Source of the DNA: Thermoanaerobaculia bacterium
Lineage (GTDB): Bacteria > Acidobacteriota > Thermoanaerobaculia > UBA5066 > Gp7-AA6
Assembly: GCA_036558325.1 (NCBI GenBank)
Contig: DATBFU010000061.1
Location: 13,604 to 77,603, forward strand
Direction of reading: 5' to 3'
DNA length: 64,000 nt
This document shows, piece by piece, positions 35,863 to 45,723 of this stretch. The translations under genes and the position numbers were made by a program. The number at the start of each line of letters is the position of its first letter. Within the stretch, counting starts at the first letter, position 1. Below the pieces are notes generated by a model. That model was not told the DNA's origin and did no database searches. It saw only the letters and a list, made by a program, of their open reading frames with translations.

Positions 35863-38800
35863 CTAGCTCTCGGCCGAGCGCAGCGCGACCGTCGCCGGCG
35901 CGGCCTCTTCCTCGGGCTCCCGCGCACGTCCGCTCTCCGGCTCGCTGACCGCCGGCCCGGCGGGCCGTCCTTCGCCTTTGCGGCGTTTCAGTCGCTTCTG
36001 GAGCCGGTCCATCCAGATGTAGAAGACCGGCGTCACATAGAGCGTCAGCGTCTGCGAGAAGAGGAGTCCGCCGACGACCGCCAGGCCGAGCGGCCGCCGC
36101 GACTCCGCGCCGGCGCCGAGGCCCAGCGCGATCGGCAGCGTGCCCATGAGCGCGGCCATCGTCGTCATCATGATCGGACGGAACCGCACGACGCAGGCCT
36201 CGTAAATCGCCTTCTGCGGCGGCATGCCTTCGTTGCGCTCGGCCTCGATCGCGAAGTCCACCATCATGATGCCGTTCTTCTTGACGAGACCGACGAGCAT
36301 GATGATGCCGACGAAGCCGTAGATCGAGAGGTCGAGGCCGAAGATCATCAGCGTCACGAGCGCGCCGAAGCCCGCAAACGGCAGAGCGGTCAGGATCGTG
36401 AGCGGGTGGATGAAGCTCTCGTACAGGATGCCGAGCACGAGGTAGATCACCGCGATCGCGACGATCAGCAGGAGACCGAGCCCCTGCACGGAGCTCTGGA
36501 AGGCCTGCGCCGTGCCCTGGAAACTCATCTGAATCGTGCTCGGGATGTCGCGTGCCGCGTTCTCGACCTCCTTGACGGCGTCTCCGAGCGCGATGCCCGG
36601 CTTGACGTTGAAGGAGATGGTCACGGCCGGCAGCTGGCCGACGTGCGCTACCTGGAGCGGGCCCGTTCCCTTCGTGACCTTGCCCAGAGAAGACAGCGGC
36701 ACGAGCTGCCCGCCCGCGGAGCGGACGTACAGCATCGCGATCGCCGCCGGATTGGCCTGGAACTCGGGGGCGAGCTCCATGATCACGCGGTACTGGTTGT
36801 TGGGCGTATAGATCGTGGAGATCTGGCGCGTCCCGTACGCCGTGTAGAGCGCGTCTTCGATCGCCTGCGGGCTCACGCCGAGCGTCGCCGCCTGGTCGCG
36901 ATTGATCTCGATGTTGAGCTGCGGGTTCGAGATCTGCATGTCGCTCGTCACGTCCTGCAGCCCGGGCAACGTCTTCATCTTGTCGAGCAGGATCGGCGCG
37001 AAGTGGTACAGCTCGTCGGTGTCGGAGTCCTGGAGCGTGTACTGATACTGGCTCTTCGACAGGCTGCCGCCCAGACGGATCGGTGGCGGGATCTGGAGAT
37101 AGGTCCGGATGCCGGTGATCTTCGCGAGCTCCGGCCGGAGCTGCTGGATGATCTCGTCGGCCGAGTGCTTGCGCTCCGAGAGCGGCTTCAACTGCGCGAG
37201 GATGATCCCCGAGTTCCCGATCGCGACGTTGCCGCGAGGCCCGGCGCTCGACAGGACGTTGGCGACGTCCGGGTGGCGGCGCACCGTATTCTCGACCTCG
37301 AGCTGGTGTTCCTTCATCGCGGGGAACCCGATCCCCTGCGCGCCCTCCGTGGAACCGAAGATCAGGCCCTGGTCCTCCGTGGGGAGGAACCCCTTCGGGA
37401 TCTTCACGAAGAGCCACCCCGTCGCCACGAGCACGCCGGCCGAGAGAAGGAGAACCAGACCCGAGTGGCGTAGTGCCGGACCGAGCGTGCGCGCGTACAT
37501 CCCGAGCATCCAGTCGAAGCCCTTCTCGGTGATCTTGAAGAGCCGGCCATGCCGCTCCTCGCTCGGCGGCTTCAGGAACCGGCTGCAGAGCATGGGCGTC
37601 AGAGACAGAGAGACGAAGCCCGACACGAGGATGGCCGCGCCGATGACGACCGCGAATTCGTGAAACAGGCGGCCGATGACGCCGCCCATGAAGAGCACGG
37701 GAATGAAGACGGCGGCGAGCGAGATCGTCATCGAGAGGATCGTGAAGCCGATCTCGCGGGATCCCCGGAGCGCCGCCTCGAAAGGCTTCTCGCCCCGCTC
37801 GATGTGGCGCACGATGTTCTCGAGCATGACGATCGCGTCGTCCACGACGAAGCCGACCGACAGCGTGAGCGCCATGAGCGACAGGTTGTCCACGCTGTAA
37901 CCCATCAGGTACATGACGGCGAACGTGCCGACGATCGAGAACGGGAGCGCGAGGCTCGGGATGACGGTCGCCGAGAGGTTGCGCAGAAAGAGGAAGATCA
38001 CGAGGACGACGAGCGCGAGCGTCAGGAGCAGCGTGAAGCGCACGTCGTTCACGCTCTGCTTGATGGACACCGAACGGTCGTAGAGCACGTGCAGGCTCGC
38101 CGCGGCGGGCAGCTGCTTCTCGAAGGTCGGAAGGAGCTTGCGGACGGCCGTCGCGACGGCGACGGTATTCATGCCGGGCTGCTTGAAGATCGCGAGCGAG
38201 ATCGAGCGCTCGTCGTTGTACCAGGCGGCCGCCTTGTCGTTCTCGACGCCGTCCACGACACTGCCGATGTCCGCCAGGCGAACGGGCGAGCCGTCGCGGT
38301 AGGCCACGATGATCGGCTTGTACGAGTCGGCGCGGTAGAGCTGCCCGGTCGCCGCCACCGTGAAGGAGGTCAGCGGCCCATAGAGGATGCCGGTCGGCAG
38401 GTTCACGTTGGCGTTCTGGACCGCTTTCGAGACCTCGTCGATGCCGATGCCGCGCGCCGCGAGCTTCTGCGGGTCGAGCTGCACGCGCACGGCGTACTTC
38501 TGCGGACCGTACACCTGGACCTGAGCGACGCCGGAGACGGTCGAGATCCGCTGCGCCATCATCGTCTCGCCGTACTCGTCGAGGTCGGAGAGCGGCAGCG
38601 TCGCCGACGTGAGGGTCAGGTAGATCACCGGCGAGTCGGCCGGATTCACTTTCTGGTACGACGGCGGCGCCGGCATGTCGGGCGGCAGCTGCCGGCCTGC
38701 CGAGGAGATCGCCGACTGCACGTCGAGCGCGGCGCCGTCGAGGTTGCGCGACAGGTTGAACTGGAGCGTGATCGCGGTCGAGCCCTGGGAGCTCGACGAG

Positions 38801-39042
38801 CTCATGTTGTCGAGGCCCGCGATCGTCGAGAACTGCCGCTCGAGAGGCGTCGCCACCGAGGAGGCCATCGTCTCGGGCGACGCGCCGGGAAGCTGCGCCG
38901 CCACCTGGATCGTCGGGAAGTCCACGTTGGGCAGGTCGGAGACCGGCAGCAGCCGGTAGCTCATCAGGCCGAAGATGAGAATGCCGGCCATGACGAGGGT
39001 CGTCATGACGGGGCGCTTGATGAAGATCTCGGCGATGTTCAC
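35863..39042 (-). CDS. RND efflux transporter permease (AcrB/MdtBC family)
   Basis: 1059 aa. The N-terminus MNIAEIFIKRPVMTTLVMAGILIFG and the overall length and blocks are typical of HAE1 RND pumps. Confidence 0.95.
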   Translation of the reverse strand: MNIAEIFIKRPVMTTLVMAGILIFGLMSYRLLPVSDLPNVDFPTIQVAAQLPGASPETMASSVATPLERQFSTIAGLDNMSSSSSQGSTAITLQFNLSRNLDGAALDVQSAISSAGRQLPPDMPAPPSYQKVNPADSPVIYLTLTSATLPLSDLDEYGETMMAQRISTVSGVAQVQVYGPQKYAVRVQLDPQKLAARGIGIDEVSKAVQNANVNLPTGILYGPLTSFTVAATGQLYRADSYKPIIVAYRDGSPVRLADIGSVVDGVENDKAAAWYNDERSISLAIFKQPGMNTVAVATAVRKLLPTFEKQLPAAASLHVLYDRSVSIKQSVNDVRFTLLLTLALVVLVIFLFLRNLSATVIPSLALPFSIVGTFAVMYLMGYSVDNLSLMALTLSVGFVVDDAIVMLENIVRHIERGEKPFEAALRGSREIGFTILSMTISLAAVFIPVLFMGGVIGRLFHEFAVVIGAAILVSGFVSLSLTPMLCSRFLKPPSEERHGRLFKITEKGFDWMLGMYARTLGPALRHSGLVLLLSAGVLVATGWLFVKIPKGFLPTEDQGLIFGSTEGAQGIGFPAMKEHQLEVENTVRRHPDVANVLSSAGPRGNVAIGNSGIILAQLKPLSERKHSADEIIQQLRPELAKITGIRTYLQIPPPIRLGGSLSKSQYQYTLQDSDTDELYHFAPILLDKMKTLPGLQDVTSDMQISNPQLNIEINRDQAATLGVSPQAIEDALYTAYGTRQISTIYTPNNQYRVIMELAPEFQANPAAIAMLYVRSAGGQLVPLSSLGKVTKGTGPLQVAHVGQLPAVTISFNVKPGIALGDAVKEVENAARDIPSTIQMSFQGTAQAFQSSVQGLGLLLIVAIAVIYLVLGILYESFIHPLTILTALPFAGFGALVTLMIFGLDLSIYGFVGIIMLVGLVKKNGIMMVDFAIEAERNEGMPPQKAIYEACVVRFRPIMMTTMAALMGTLPIALGLGAGAESRRPLGLAVVGGLLFSQTLTLYVTPVFYIWMDRLQKRLKRRKGEGRPAGPAVSEPESGRAREPEEEAAPATVALRSAES

Positions 39043-40151
39043 GAGGAGGCCTCCGGGGCAGTCTTGATCTCGACCTTGGATCCGGGCGCGAGACGCAGCT
39101 GGCCGTCCGTGACGACCCGCTCTCCGGCCGAGAGGCCTTTCGCGACGACGGAGTACGTGCCGTGCGTGCGCTGAATCGTCACGGGCCGCGGCTCGACGGT
39201 GAGGTCCGGCTTCACGACGTAGACGTACGTCCCCTTCTGGCTCGCCTGCACGGCCTGTGTCGGAACGACGATGCGGCCGGGCTCGTTGGCGAGGAGCAGC
39301 GACACCGTGACGTACTGGCCGGGCCAGAGCACGCCCGACTCGTTGGGGAACGTCGCCTTCAGGCGGATCGTTCCGGTCGCGCTGTCCACGGCGTTGTCGA
39401 GGAAGGACAGCTCGCCCGACTCGGTCGCCGGCGCCTGGTCCGACGGCGCCGCTCGGACCTCGAGCTTGCCGCCGGCGCGGTAGCTGCCGCGGATCGCTCC
39501 GAGCGATGCCTCGGGCACCGTGAAGGTGACCGCGATCGGACGGATCTGGTTGATCGTCACGAGCGTCCGGTCGTCGTTGGCTTTGACGATGTTGCCCTTG
39601 TGGACGAGCACGCTGCCCGTCCGCCCGGCGATCGGCGCCGTGATCCGGCAGTACGAAAGGTCGAGCTCGGCGCTCTGGACGGTGGCCTCGTCGGCCTGCA
39701 CGGTCGCGCGCGACGCGGCGGCGTTGGCGTGCGTTTCATCGTTCTGCTGCGCCGTGACGAAGTCCTTCTTGACGAGCTCCGCGTAACGTGCCGCGGTTTC
39801 GGCGGCCGTCTTGGCGAGGGCTCGGTCGCGCTCGAGCCGCGCGCGCGCCTCGTTGACGGTGGCCTGGTAGGGCCGCGGATCGATCACGAAGAGCAGGTCT
39901 CCCGGCTTCACGTCCTGGCCCTCGCGAAATCCGACCTCGGTGATCTCGCCGCCGACGCGCGTCTTGACGGCGACGGTGGAGAGCGGATCGACGTGTCCGA
40001 TGGCCTGCACTTCGAGCGGGACCGTCCGCGTCTCGACCGTCGCGGCGACGACCGGCACGGTCTCCTTCGGCGGCGCTCCGCCCTTCCCCGCGCAGGCGGC
40101 CCCGGCGAGCGCCGCGCCGAAAACGGCCGCGGCGATGACGATTTTCTTCAT
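39039..40151 (-). CDS. RND efflux periplasmic adaptor (membrane fusion protein)
   Basis: 370 aa with a lipoprotein-like N-terminus (AGAACAG) and biotinyl-lipoyl/hairpin blocks (GQDVKPGDLLFVIDPRPYQA). It has 4-nt overlaps with both neighbours. Confidence 0.9.
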   Translation of the reverse strand: MKKIVIAAAVFGAALAGAACAGKGGAPPKETVPVVAATVETRTVPLEVQAIGHVDPLSTVAVKTRVGGEITEVGFREGQDVKPGDLLFVIDPRPYQATVNEARARLERDRALAKTAAETAARYAELVKKDFVTAQQNDETHANAAASRATVQADEATVQSAELDLSYCRITAPIAGRTGSVLVHKGNIVKANDDRTLVTINQIRPIAVTFTVPEASLGAIRGSYRAGGKLEVRAAPSDQAPATESGELSFLDNAVDSATGTIRLKATFPNESGVLWPGQYVTVSLLLANEPGRIVVPTQAVQASQKGTYVYVVKPDLTVEPRPVTIQRTHGTYSVVAKGLSAGERVVTDGQLRLAPGSKVEIKTAPEASS

Positions 40152-41632
40152 GGAGCTCCCCCGCTCGGCTTTCGCGCCGGATTCATGATCTCGGAGGCCC
40201 GCGGCAGGAGCGCGCCCGTCGCGTGCGCGAGCTCTGCCATCGACAGGAACCAGAGAGACCGCGCCTCGACTTCCTGCGCGCGCGCGTCGGCGAGCAGCGC
40301 CTGCGCCGTCAGCAGATCCAGGATGCTGCCGACGCCCTCCTTGTACCGGCCCTGAGCGACCTCCGCCGACTGGCTCGCGCTCGCGAGCAGGTCGCGCGAG
40401 GTGCGGACCCGCTGGGACGACGTCTGGACGTCGTAGTAGCTCGTCCAGACTTCCAGGATCACCTGGTCGGCGGTGCGTTCGGCGGTCGCGCCCGCCTGCT
40501 TCGCCTGCTCCTGAGCCTGTTTGGTCGAATAGACGGTGTCGCCCCCCTGGAATACCGGGATGCGGAGCAGGAGAGTCCCGGCGTAGTCATCCGTGAACGA
40601 CGGGCCGACGGGACGGTAGTAGTACGTCCGGCCGACCGAGCCGATCGCGAGGAGTTTCGGGAGCCCGTCGGAACGCACGGACTGAATGTGCGACTGCGCC
40701 GCTTGCGCCTCGAAGCGCCGCGCCGCGAGATCCGGCCTCTCCGTCATCGCGCGGTTGATCAGATCGTCGACGCTCTGCTGCGCGCGGTCGAGCGGCAGAT
40801 TCTCGGGCAGCTCGCCGACGTCCACGGGCACGGTGGCCGGCACACCGACGGCCGTCGCGAGCGCGCCGCGGATGACCTGCACCTGACCCTGCGCGTCCTG
40901 GAGATTCAGCTGCACCTGCGAGACGACCGTCTTCGCCTGGAGAACGTCGGCGATCGTCGCGACGCCCGCGCGATGCCGCTCCTCGGCCGCCTCGAGATTG
41001 CGCTTGGCCTCGTCGAGATTGACCTCGCGCGCGGCGACCAGAGCCTTCGCGTTCAGGTATCCGTAGTACGCCTGCGCGATCGAGAGGACGACGTCCTGGA
41101 TCGCGGCGCTGTGGCCCCAGTCGGCGGCATAGAGATTGGCCTGCGCCTCGGCCACGTCCGCGGTCCGGCCGCCGAAGTCGAAGAGGACCCAGTTGAGCGA
41201 CGCGGCCGGCCCGTAGGTCGTCTGGAGAAAGTTCGTCAGGCCGAACACGTCGGAGGTCTTCTCGCGCGTGATCGAGCCGTCGATCTCGACGACCGGGAAG
41301 TACTCGGCGCGCTTGACGCCGACGTCCGCCGCCTGGGCGCGCGCGAAATACCAGGCCTCGCGCGTGCGCGGGTTGTTGCGGAGCCCAACGTCCACGAGCT
41401 GGGCGAGCGAGAGCGTCGTGCCGGGCTTCGTGTATTCCTCGGGAATATCGACTTTCTTCTCCGACTCGGGCGCCTGCGGCGCGCGGCCCTCGGGCGGCGG
41501 CGTCCAGGGAACTCCGGGCGAGGGCGCCACGGAGCCCGCGATGGATTTGTCGGGCGTGAAATGCGAGCAGCCGGCCGCGAGGACCGCCGACGCCAGGGCC
41601 ATGGAGACGAAACTTCTCTCCGAACCTCTCAT
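40148..41632 (-). CDS. TolC/OprM-family outer membrane efflux factor
   Basis: 494 aa with lipobox LAAGCS and two OEP repeats (e.g. LSLAQLVDVGLRNNPRTREAW). Confidence 0.9.
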   Translation of the reverse strand: MRGSERSFVSMALASAVLAAGCSHFTPDKSIAGSVAPSPGVPWTPPPEGRAPQAPESEKKVDIPEEYTKPGTTLSLAQLVDVGLRNNPRTREAWYFARAQAADVGVKRAEYFPVVEIDGSITREKTSDVFGLTNFLQTTYGPAASLNWVLFDFGGRTADVAEAQANLYAADWGHSAAIQDVVLSIAQAYYGYLNAKALVAAREVNLDEAKRNLEAAEERHRAGVATIADVLQAKTVVSQVQLNLQDAQGQVQVIRGALATAVGVPATVPVDVGELPENLPLDRAQQSVDDLINRAMTERPDLAARRFEAQAAQSHIQSVRSDGLPKLLAIGSVGRTYYYRPVGPSFTDDYAGTLLLRIPVFQGGDTVYSTKQAQEQAKQAGATAERTADQVILEVWTSYYDVQTSSQRVRTSRDLLASASQSAEVAQGRYKEGVGSILDLLTAQALLADARAQEVEARSLWFLSMAELAHATGALLPRASEIMNPARKPSGGAP

Positions 41633-42234
41633 GCGTTCGACCGCGCGATGCCTTTCGTGAAGACCCCGACGATCTCCGCGACGAGGTCGTCCAGGGTGTC
41701 TCCGTCCCTGCGGAAGACGTTGATGCCTCGAATCATTCCCAGGAAGAGCTCGGCCGTCGTGTGCGGGTCGACGCCCCGGTACTCCCGCTGCTCGATGCCG
41801 TCCAGGATGACCTCCTGGACCCGCGCCGCGAGGTGATCGTGCCGCTCGCGCAGCACCCCCCGGCGACCCCGGACCATCCGCTCGTCCCGGTAGAGGAGCA
41901 TGAGGAGCGACCGCTGGTCCCAGTAGAAGGCCAGGATCTCGCGGGCGAGGCGCGCGAGGCGCTCGGTCGGCGAGCCTTCCTGCGGCAGCGCCTCGGAGAG
42001 GACCGCGTCGAGCCGCTCGAGGCCGTGCTCGATCGTAGCGAAATAGAGGTCTTCCTTCGTGCGGAAGTAGCGGTAGACCGTGCCCTTGCCGATGCCGCCC
42101 TTCTCGGCGATTTCGTCGATCAGGACCTCGTGGAAGTCCTTCTCCGAGAAGACCCGGGTCGAGGCTTCCAGGATCTCTTCGAGCTTTTCGTCCGTCTTGG
42201 CGCGCGGCATGGCCCTGGCCTTCCCCAAAGACAA
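41629..42234 (-). CDS. TetR family transcriptional regulator, first gene of the efflux operon
   Basis: 201 aa with the HTH block FHEVLIDEIAEKGGIGKGTVYRYFRTKEDLY. Its stop overlaps the OMF start by 4 nt. Confidence 0.9.
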   Translation of the reverse strand: MSLGKARAMPRAKTDEKLEEILEASTRVFSEKDFHEVLIDEIAEKGGIGKGTVYRYFRTKEDLYFATIEHGLERLDAVLSEALPQEGSPTERLARLAREILAFYWDQRSLLMLLYRDERMVRGRRGVLRERHDHLAARVQEVILDGIEQREYRGVDPHTTAELFLGMIRGINVFRRDGDTLDDLVAEIVGVFTKGIARSNA

Positions 42235-42240
42235 ATCGAG

Positions 42241-42267
42241 CCGGTCAATTCGACACTGACCGGTCAG
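42241..42267. promoter_or_regulatory. candidate TetR operator: perfect 12-bp palindrome CTGACCGGTCAG plus an upstream CCGGTCA half-site
   Basis: The sequence CCGGTCAattcgacaCTGACCGGTCAG lies 7-33 nt upstream of the tetR start codon. Confidence 0.4.
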
Positions 42268-42372
42268 TTTCAGTATGTCATACGGGGAGTCGGCGAAAGA
42301 GTTCTCGCGTTTGCCGGATGCCTATCCATTCCAGCAAACTCTGTCCTGTGTTAGGATTACGAGAATACATCG

Positions 42373-42858
42373 ATGAATTTCAGCGGTGTTCTCCGGCAGA
42401 GCTTCTCTACGGCCGAGGCGGCCCGATTGACCGGTCTCTCGCCACGGCAGCTCGACCACTGGGACCGCCAGGGATTCCTGAAACCCTCGCTCGAGCGCGC
42501 CGCGGGCTACGGCTCCGCGCGACGCTACTCGTTCGCTGACGTCGTGCGGCTTCGCGTGGCGGCGATGCTGCGCGCGGCGGGCGTGGGTCTTGCGAGGATC
42601 CGCCGCTGTGCGGAGGAGCTCGGACGACTGGATCCCGCCGTCTCGGATCTCGGGCAGGCGCGTCTTCTCGTCTCCGGCAATCGCGTGCTCTGGGCGCGCT
42701 CGGAGCGCGAGCTCATCGACCTCTTGAACGACGGGCAGATGGTTCTCGTTTTCCCGGTGGGAGACGCGGTGGAGGCGACGGCCGGCGCCGTCGCGCGTCT
42801 CGCTCGGGAAGCCGAGAGCCCTCTGCCGGCGCCGCGGCGGAGCCGGCGACAGAAGTAG
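42373..42858 (+). CDS. MerR-type HTH transcriptional regulator
   Basis: 161 aa with the N-terminal HTH FSTAEAARLTGLSPRQLDHWDRQGFL...RRYSFADVVRLRV. Confidence 0.75.
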   Translation: MNFSGVLRQSFSTAEAARLTGLSPRQLDHWDRQGFLKPSLERAAGYGSARRYSFADVVRLRVAAMLRAAGVGLARIRRCAEELGRLDPAVSDLGQARLLVSGNRVLWARSERELIDLLNDGQMVLVFPVGDAVEATAGAVARLAREAESPLPAPRRSRRQK

Positions 42859-42920
42859 TTTCGAGTTTCGGGTTCGGGCTTCGGGTTGACTCCGCGGGGC
42901 GGCACAGGAGGCGGTGGGTT

Positions 42921-44015
42921 TTGGATCAGGACGAGGCGAATCCGCGCGTCGCCGCGCTCGTGCGGCTCGGACGACAGAGGGACTTTTCCCTCCCGCGGTT
43001 CAAGCGAACGCTCACGTCCGCGTCGCGCAACGCGAAGCGCGCCGACATCCTGCGGCGTCTGTTCTCCGACTGGGTCGGCCTCTCGCTCTCGGCGTCCGAC
43101 GCCGAGTCGTCGTGGGAGCAGATCGAGGCGCTCTACCCGCGCATGCGGGAATCGCTCGGGCGGCCGCTGTCGCTGCAGACCGCGCTCCTCCACCACTTCC
43201 ACAGCCGGAAGGGCAAGATCGTCGATCCCAGCGTCGTGCCCGCGCGGGAGCTCGCGCGTCTGCGGCTCTCCGCGCTGACCGATCCGCTGACCGGCCTCTA
43301 CAACCGCCGCTTCCTCCTCGAGCACTTCGCCCGCGAGATCGCGCGCTCGGAGCGCTCCGAGGGCATCGTCTCGGTCGTGATGCTCGACCTCAAGGACTTC
43401 AAGGCGGTCAACGACCGCTACGGGCATCCCGTCGGCGACAACGTCCTGATCCGGACCGCGCGCGTCGTGCGCCAGTCGCTGCGCACGGTGGACGCCGGAT
43501 GCCGCTGGGGCGGCGATGAGTTCGTCGTCGTGCTTCCGAACACGAACCTGCTCTTCGCCGTCGCCGTCGCCGAGCGCATCCGCAAGCGTGTCGCCGCGCT
43601 GTCGCTGCCGTACCGCTCGGACCTCAAGGTCGGCGTGCATTACGGAATCGCGACGTACCCGACGGACGGCAAGACCGTGGACTTCCTCCTCAAGGTGGCA
43701 GACCTGCGCCTCTACCAGTGCCGCGAGCAGGCCAACTTCCCCGGAGCCGAGCGGCGCGAATATCCGCGCTTCTCGCCGGCGGACACGAGCGTGCGCCTCA
43801 TCCGACACGGCAGTGATCCGTGGACGGTGCCGGTCGTGGACGTGAGCTACGGCGGCGTGGCTCTGCGCGCGCCGCAGCCGGAGAAGTGGCCGCGCCGGTG
43901 GACAGGAGAGATCTTCCGCCGCTTGAACTCCGAGCGGCACCCGGTGCGTCTCAAGGCGATCAACTGGGCCCCGCTTCCGGACGGCGGCGTCCGGGTAGGC
44001 TGCGCCTATGTCTGA
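42921..44015 (+). CDS. diguanylate cyclase (GGDEF with RxxD I-site) fused to a C-terminal PilZ domain
   Basis: The TTG start follows AGGAGG. The cyclase motifs are DPLTGLYNRR and RTVDAGCRWGGDEFVVV (I-site RTVD with the same spacing to GGDEF as RAID in PleD). The PilZ motifs are RREYPR (RxxxR) and DVSYGG (DxSxxG). Confidence 0.85.
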   Translation: MDQDEANPRVAALVRLGRQRDFSLPRFKRTLTSASRNAKRADILRRLFSDWVGLSLSASDAESSWEQIEALYPRMRESLGRPLSLQTALLHHFHSRKGKIVDPSVVPARELARLRLSALTDPLTGLYNRRFLLEHFAREIARSERSEGIVSVVMLDLKDFKAVNDRYGHPVGDNVLIRTARVVRQSLRTVDAGCRWGGDEFVVVLPNTNLLFAVAVAERIRKRVAALSLPYRSDLKVGVHYGIATYPTDGKTVDFLLKVADLRLYQCREQANFPGAERREYPRFSPADTSVRLIRHGSDPWTVPVVDVSYGGVALRAPQPEKWPRRWTGEIFRRLNSERHPVRLKAINWAPLPDGGVRVGCAYV

Positions 44016-44036
44016 ACCGCAGCGGAGGGCGCTCGT

Positions 44037-45326
44037 TTGACGTCGCCCTTCGCCGCACATCGGGCGGCGTCGGGGGCGCTCTTTTCCCTCTTCTGCCTGC
44101 TCGCGATCGTCTTCTCGGCGGGTGACCCGCGCCTCTTCGCGGCGCTCGCGGGCGCGTCGCTCCTCTCCGCCTTCCTCACGACGCGCGGTTTCGCGGCCGG
44201 GCTCGGCTCCTTCACGTCGCCGCTCGCGATCCTCGTCGACCAGGCGCTCCTCTGGACGGCGATCGCGCCCGCGGCCGGCGGTCAGAGCCTTTTCGCGCTC
44301 CTCCTTCCGGCCGGTGTGGCGCTCGCCTGGACGCTCGAGGGCAAGGCCGCCGCGCGCTTCTACGCCGTCGTCTCGGTCGCGGGCTCCGCGGCGATGGTCG
44401 CGGACCGGGCGCTTCCGACCGCCGGCGCCTCGCAGCTCGCCCTCATTCTTTCGGCGCTCGCCGCGCCGGCGCTCCTCGTCGCGCTCGAGGCCGCCGCCGG
44501 TACGAGAAAAACGGCGGCCGCCGCGGCCCGGCGAACCGAGCCGGCGCGGATCCGTGCGGCGGCGCCGGAGGCCGTCTTCGAGCCGGAAGAGCCGGAGACC
44601 GCGCCCGACCGGCGCGACGAGGCGATCCTGCACGATCTCCGGTCGCCCCTCTCGGTGCTGCGGGTCTACGCGGATCTGATCTCGGAAGGGGCGAAGCGGG
44701 GCGAGCTTCCGAATCCCGAGCACCTCTCGAATCTCTCCCGCGAGCTCGATCTCGCCGAGAGGCTCGTCGGCGAGGCGTCCGAGCCAGGGTTCGCGTCCGC
44801 GACGCGACAGCCCGCCTCCGGACCGTCCGGAGGACCGCCCGCGCCCGCCGCCGACTCGAACGCCTCGGCCGACCTCGTCGAGATCCTCGGCTCGCTTGCC
44901 ACGGCGTACCGGCTCTCGCTCGGCGGCCGGCGGCGCATCGAGTTCATCGCGGAGAAGCCCGAGCTCGTCGTCGCGGCGGACGCGGTCGCGCTCCAGCGCG
45001 CGTTCCGCAACGTGCTCGAGAACGCGGTCAAGTACACGCCGGAGGGCGGCGAGATCCGGATCCGCGCCGGCCCGGCCGGCCCGCACGCGTTCGTCGTCTT
45101 CAAGGACACCGGGATCGGCATGAGCCCCGAGGAGCGGACGCACGCGTTCGACTACGCGTTCCGCGGCGCCGGCGCGATCACGTCCGGCACGCGCGGCAAG
45201 GGCATCGGCCTCGCCGTGACGAAACAGATTCTCGAGGCCAACGGCGGCCGGATCAGCCTCTCCTCGGAGGCGGGCTTCGGCTCGGAGGTCACGATCCTTC
45301 TTCCCTTCGCGCGGGGGGCGCGCTAG
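44037..45326 (+). CDS. membrane sensor histidine kinase
   Basis: The TTG start follows GCGGAGGG. The N-terminal ~150 aa contain several TM segments. The kinase motifs are H-box HDLRSPLSV, N-box ENAVKYTP, G1 DTGIGM and G2 GKGIGLAV. Confidence 0.85.
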   Translation: MTSPFAAHRAASGALFSLFCLLAIVFSAGDPRLFAALAGASLLSAFLTTRGFAAGLGSFTSPLAILVDQALLWTAIAPAAGGQSLFALLLPAGVALAWTLEGKAAARFYAVVSVAGSAAMVADRALPTAGASQLALILSALAAPALLVALEAAAGTRKTAAAAARRTEPARIRAAAPEAVFEPEEPETAPDRRDEAILHDLRSPLSVLRVYADLISEGAKRGELPNPEHLSNLSRELDLAERLVGEASEPGFASATRQPASGPSGGPPAPAADSNASADLVEILGSLATAYRLSLGGRRRIEFIAEKPELVVAADAVALQRAFRNVLENAVKYTPEGGEIRIRAGPAGPHAFVVFKDTGIGMSPEERTHAFDYAFRGAGAITSGTRGKGIGLAVTKQILEANGGRISLSSEAGFGSEVTILLPFARGAR

Positions 45327-45330
45327 AACG

Positions 45331-45723
45331 ATGAAACGCATCGTCGTCGTGGACGACGAGCCCGGCGTGGGCGCGGCGGTGCGCGAGGTGCTCGCGGCCG
45401 ACGGTTACACGGTCGAGACTCCCGGCGACGCGCGCGCCGCGCTTCCCGACCTGATCCGCGCGGTGCCCGATCTGGTGATCCTGGACGTCGGCATGCCGGG
45501 GATGAGCGGCTGGGAGCTCTGCGCGATCCTGCGCCGCCAGACGACGACGCGCGGCGTCCCGATCCTGTTTCTGACCGGCCGCCAGGAGCTGAAGGACCGC
45601 ATCACGGCCATGCAGCTCGGCGGCTCGGACTATCTGGCCAAGCCCTTCGGCGCGGACGAGCTGCGCCGCAAGGTCCACGCGGTGTTCGACGAACCGCCGC
45701 GCGAGAAAGCGGAGGAGCCATGA
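45331..45723 (+). CDS. stand-alone response regulator receiver (REC only)
   Basis: 130 aa with VVDDEP, the phospho-acceptor context LVILDVGMPGMSG, and the conserved K in YLAKPF. There is no output domain. Confidence 0.9.
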   Translation: MKRIVVVDDEPGVGAAVREVLAADGYTVETPGDARAALPDLIRAVPDLVILDVGMPGMSGWELCAILRRQTTTRGVPILFLTGRQELKDRITAMQLGGSDYLAKPFGADELRRKVHAVFDEPPREKAEEP

